A DNA stretch of 64,000 nt from Candidatus Binatia bacterium (lineage in GTDB: Bacteria > Desulfobacterota > Binatia > HRBIN30): assembly GCA_038245295.1 (NCBI GenBank), contig JBBRSP010000001.1, positions 224,001-288,000 on the forward strand, written 5' to 3'. Positions 61,841 through 64,000 of this stretch are shown here, one piece after another (positions within the stretch are counted from its first letter, which is position 1; the number at the start of each line of letters is the position of its first letter). The notes beneath the pieces were generated by a model. It did no database searches. It was not told the DNA's origin and was given only the letters and a program-made list of their open reading frames with translations. The position numbers and the translations under genes are program-made.

Positions 61841-63409
61841 TTACGGGCCGGGAATGATGCGGAAGACCTCTCCGTCGTTGAGGTCGGTGATGTACAACTC
61901 GCCGCGCGCATCCTCACCGAACGAGGAGATATGACCGATGCCCAAACCGCCGCCGGGAACTAGATCGGCGGTGCGGTCCTGCGGATTCGTCACGGCTCCC
62001 CCGGAAATCTGGAATGTGCGCACAAAGGCGCTGCAGAAGTCGGCGTAGAAGTAGGTGCCGCGCAGATCGGGCATCTTGCAGCCGCGGTAGAGGTAACCGC
62101 CGGTCACCGAACAGCCTTGCGAATGATCGTACTCGAGCGCCGGCAGGGTCAGGCCGGTCTGGTCACAGCCCGACCCCGAAGGGTAGCAGTGGCCGTTGCC
62201 TTCGACCGTGTTCCATCCATAGTTGACACCGCCGGGCGTCAGGGCCGGGGTGTAGTCGATCTCCTCGAAACGATCTTGCCCGACGTCGCCGATGTACAGA
62301 TCGCCGCTGACGCGATCGAAGCTGAAACGCCAGGGATTGCGCAGGCCATAGGCCCAGATCTCATCGAAGCCAGGTGTCGCGCCGAAAAACGGATTGCTCG
62401 ACGGGCTCGCATACGGCGGCGTGCCATTGACGTCGATGCGGAGGAGCTTGCCGAGCATCGTATTGATGCTTTGCCCATTGCCCATCGGGTCGCCACCACT
62501 GCCGACGTCGCCGGCGGCGATGTAGAGGTAGCCATCGGGACCAAAGGCCAGGTGGCCGCCGTTGTGATTGGCGAAGGGCTGCGTAAACGTGAGTACGAGG
62601 GTCTCGCTGGTTGTGGCGACGTCGGGATCAGCGGAGACGTGGTATTCGGCAACCACGGTGTTGCCGCTGCCGTCGGTGTAGTTCACAAAGAAGCGGCCGT
62701 TGTCGACGTAGTCCGGATGGAACGCCAATCCGAGCAAGCCGCGCTCGCCACCAAACGAAATCCGCGAGCCAAGATCGATGAATGGTATTGGCAGCAGCGT
62801 GCCCCACTTGATGATCTTGATCTTGCCGGTCTGCTCGACGACGAAGATACGGCTGACGTCGCGTGGCGGTGCCGTTACCAGGAGCGGATAACTCAGGCCG
62901 CTGGCGACGCGTTCGGATTTGAGACCCGTTCCGGCAACCGGTGTGACCCCGGCGCAAATGTCGTTGCAGGCGCCGCCTTCGAGTTGGCAGGTGATCGAGC
63001 ATCCGTCGTTGTTCATCACATTGCCGTCGTCGCATTGTTCGCCGACGTCAAGAACTCCGTCACCACACGCCGAAGAGTTGCACACGTGTGTAAATCCGGC
63101 ACCACTGAGGGCGCTGTAAGTCAGTCCTGAGGCGTTGATTGCCTGGCGCGCCGTACAATCGAGACGATCCGTGGTGCCGGCCGGGCAAACTTCATTGACC
63201 TTGGTGGCGCGCGTATTGGCGGCGCGATTGTTGCCGACGCACGAACGGCCCTGCGGCACCTGGCGGATCAGGCAGGTGCGTGCGCCGAGTAGAACGGCAC
63301 TCAGGTAACGAGCCGACTGACTTTGGCAACTCTCGGCGGCCCATGCCGTTGGTGCGAGGGCCATGAGGACAGCTGCGATGGCGAACGGGTTGACGAACCG
63401 GCGAAACAT
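61841..63409 (-). CDS. Secreted PQQ-dependent sugar (glucose/sorbosone) dehydrogenase-family protein with a Myxococcus Cys-rich repeat
   Basis: CGDGVLDVGEQCDDGN..DGCS; GERGLLGLAFHP, NHNGG, YGLRNPWRFSFD, SSFGED; GGAGG RBS. Confidence 0.9.
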   Translation of the reverse strand: MFRRFVNPFAIAAVLMALAPTAWAAESCQSQSARYLSAVLLGARTCLIRQVPQGRSCVGNNRAANTRATKVNEVCPAGTTDRLDCTARQAINASGLTYSALSGAGFTHVCNSSACGDGVLDVGEQCDDGNVMNNDGCSITCQLEGGACNDICAGVTPVAGTGLKSERVASGLSYPLLVTAPPRDVSRIFVVEQTGKIKIIKWGTLLPIPFIDLGSRISFGGERGLLGLAFHPDYVDNGRFFVNYTDGSGNTVVAEYHVSADPDVATTSETLVLTFTQPFANHNGGHLAFGPDGYLYIAAGDVGSGGDPMGNGQSINTMLGKLLRIDVNGTPPYASPSSNPFFGATPGFDEIWAYGLRNPWRFSFDRVSGDLYIGDVGQDRFEEIDYTPALTPGGVNYGWNTVEGNGHCYPSGSGCDQTGLTLPALEYDHSQGCSVTGGYLYRGCKMPDLRGTYFYADFCSAFVRTFQISGGAVTNPQDRTADLVPGGGLGIGHISSFGEDARGELYITDLNDGEVFRIIPGP

Positions 63410-63481
63410 GAAACCTCCATCTGACGACAACGAAGGTACCATGTCGCCTGGCGCGAGGAAGGCTTTTTCCGCGCCGCGCGT

Positions 63482-64000
63482 CTACCGGTGGCGCGTCAGT
63501 AACTCGAGCTTGTTCTTGGCCGCCTTGCCGATCTTGGTGCGCCCGGACTTGGCGACGATGTGTTCGAGCATGTCCTCAGCAAGGCTGCGCTCTTCGATTG
63601 TGCCCTCGGCGAAGTTGAAGGCGGCGTAGAAGAGCTCTTCGGGTTCCAAGACACGCTCTTTGCGCAAGCGCTCGGCAACCGGGAACGCGGAGCGACCAAG
63701 CTCGCGGAGCAGATCTAGGGCGGCATCGTGGCGGCGAACAACGTGAGTCAGGCTATGACGCCGTGACTTGAGATCGGCGATGGCCAGCGCGAAGCGTGCT
63801 TCATCATCGAAGAAAGCGCCCTCGCGCAGCAGGCCCAGCCATTTGGTGACGAGTGCGAACTGCTTCTTCTTGCGCAATAGCTCGGCTCGCTCACGGATCC
63901 GTTCGGCGAGAGCTTTGGCATCGATGGCGTTGAGAAAATGGAAATAAGCCGTGTGCAGGCGATCTTCACGCTTCTCTACGGCGCTCTGCATCTTCTCCCA
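63482..64000 (-). CDS. Hypothetical alpha-helical protein, C-terminal part (truncated by window)
   Basis: Open frame to the window edge; amphipathic helical composition. Confidence 0.6.
   Translation of the reverse strand, partial: WEKMQSAVEKREDRLHTAYFHFLNAIDAKALAERIRERAELLRKKKQFALVTKWLGLLREGAFFDDEARFALAIADLKSRRHSLTHVVRRHDAALDLLRELGRSAFPVAERLRKERVLEPEELFYAAFNFAEGTIEERSLAEDMLEHIVAKSGRTKIGKAAKNKLELLTRHR

Noticed and set aside
62495..62512. GDVGSGG instead of the usual GDGGSGG in the PQQ-type dehydrogenase, as pseudogenisation
   Set aside because: A single substitution in an otherwise intact ORF; cannot be distinguished from natural variation or a sequencing error

Overview
GC-rich bacterial chromosomal segment with about 55 CDS. 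I found no rRNA, tRNA, CRISPR array, prophage or intact transposase. The gene style (Myxococcus-type Cys repeats, many lipoproteins, DUF3604, AurF-like di-iron protein, P450) suggests a Binatia/deltaproteobacterium-like organism; this is inference only. In order: MoxR/DUF58/BatA operon; lipid/acyl-CoA oxidation genes (SDRs, acyl-CoA ligase, TauD-like dioxygenase, P450); a divergent membrane pyrophosphatase; a secreted beta-helix protein with ten ADAM/disintegrin-like repeats; a phosphorelay (hybrid kinase, REC-coil-REC, Hpt); PolX; ABC exporter; aminotransferase, coaD, rsmD; an acyl-CoA dehydrogenase pair; two sigma54-driven small membrane proteins near a sensor kinase/NtrC-family activator; mdh-sucC; UvrD helicase; IF3; purN; glycosyltransferases; secreted hydrolases. 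The most interesting signals are: (i) an unannotated candidate sigma54 sRNA of about 125 nt with three hairpins (10894-11018); (ii) the sigma54 small-protein locus; (iii) a possible shared C-terminal domain on two unrelated secreted proteins; (iv) a 160-bp MITE-like insert in the loop of a REP; (v) dispersed intergenic 8-mer and 7-mer repeat families. All calls come from reading motifs by eye; no searches were run, and start codons are best estimates.
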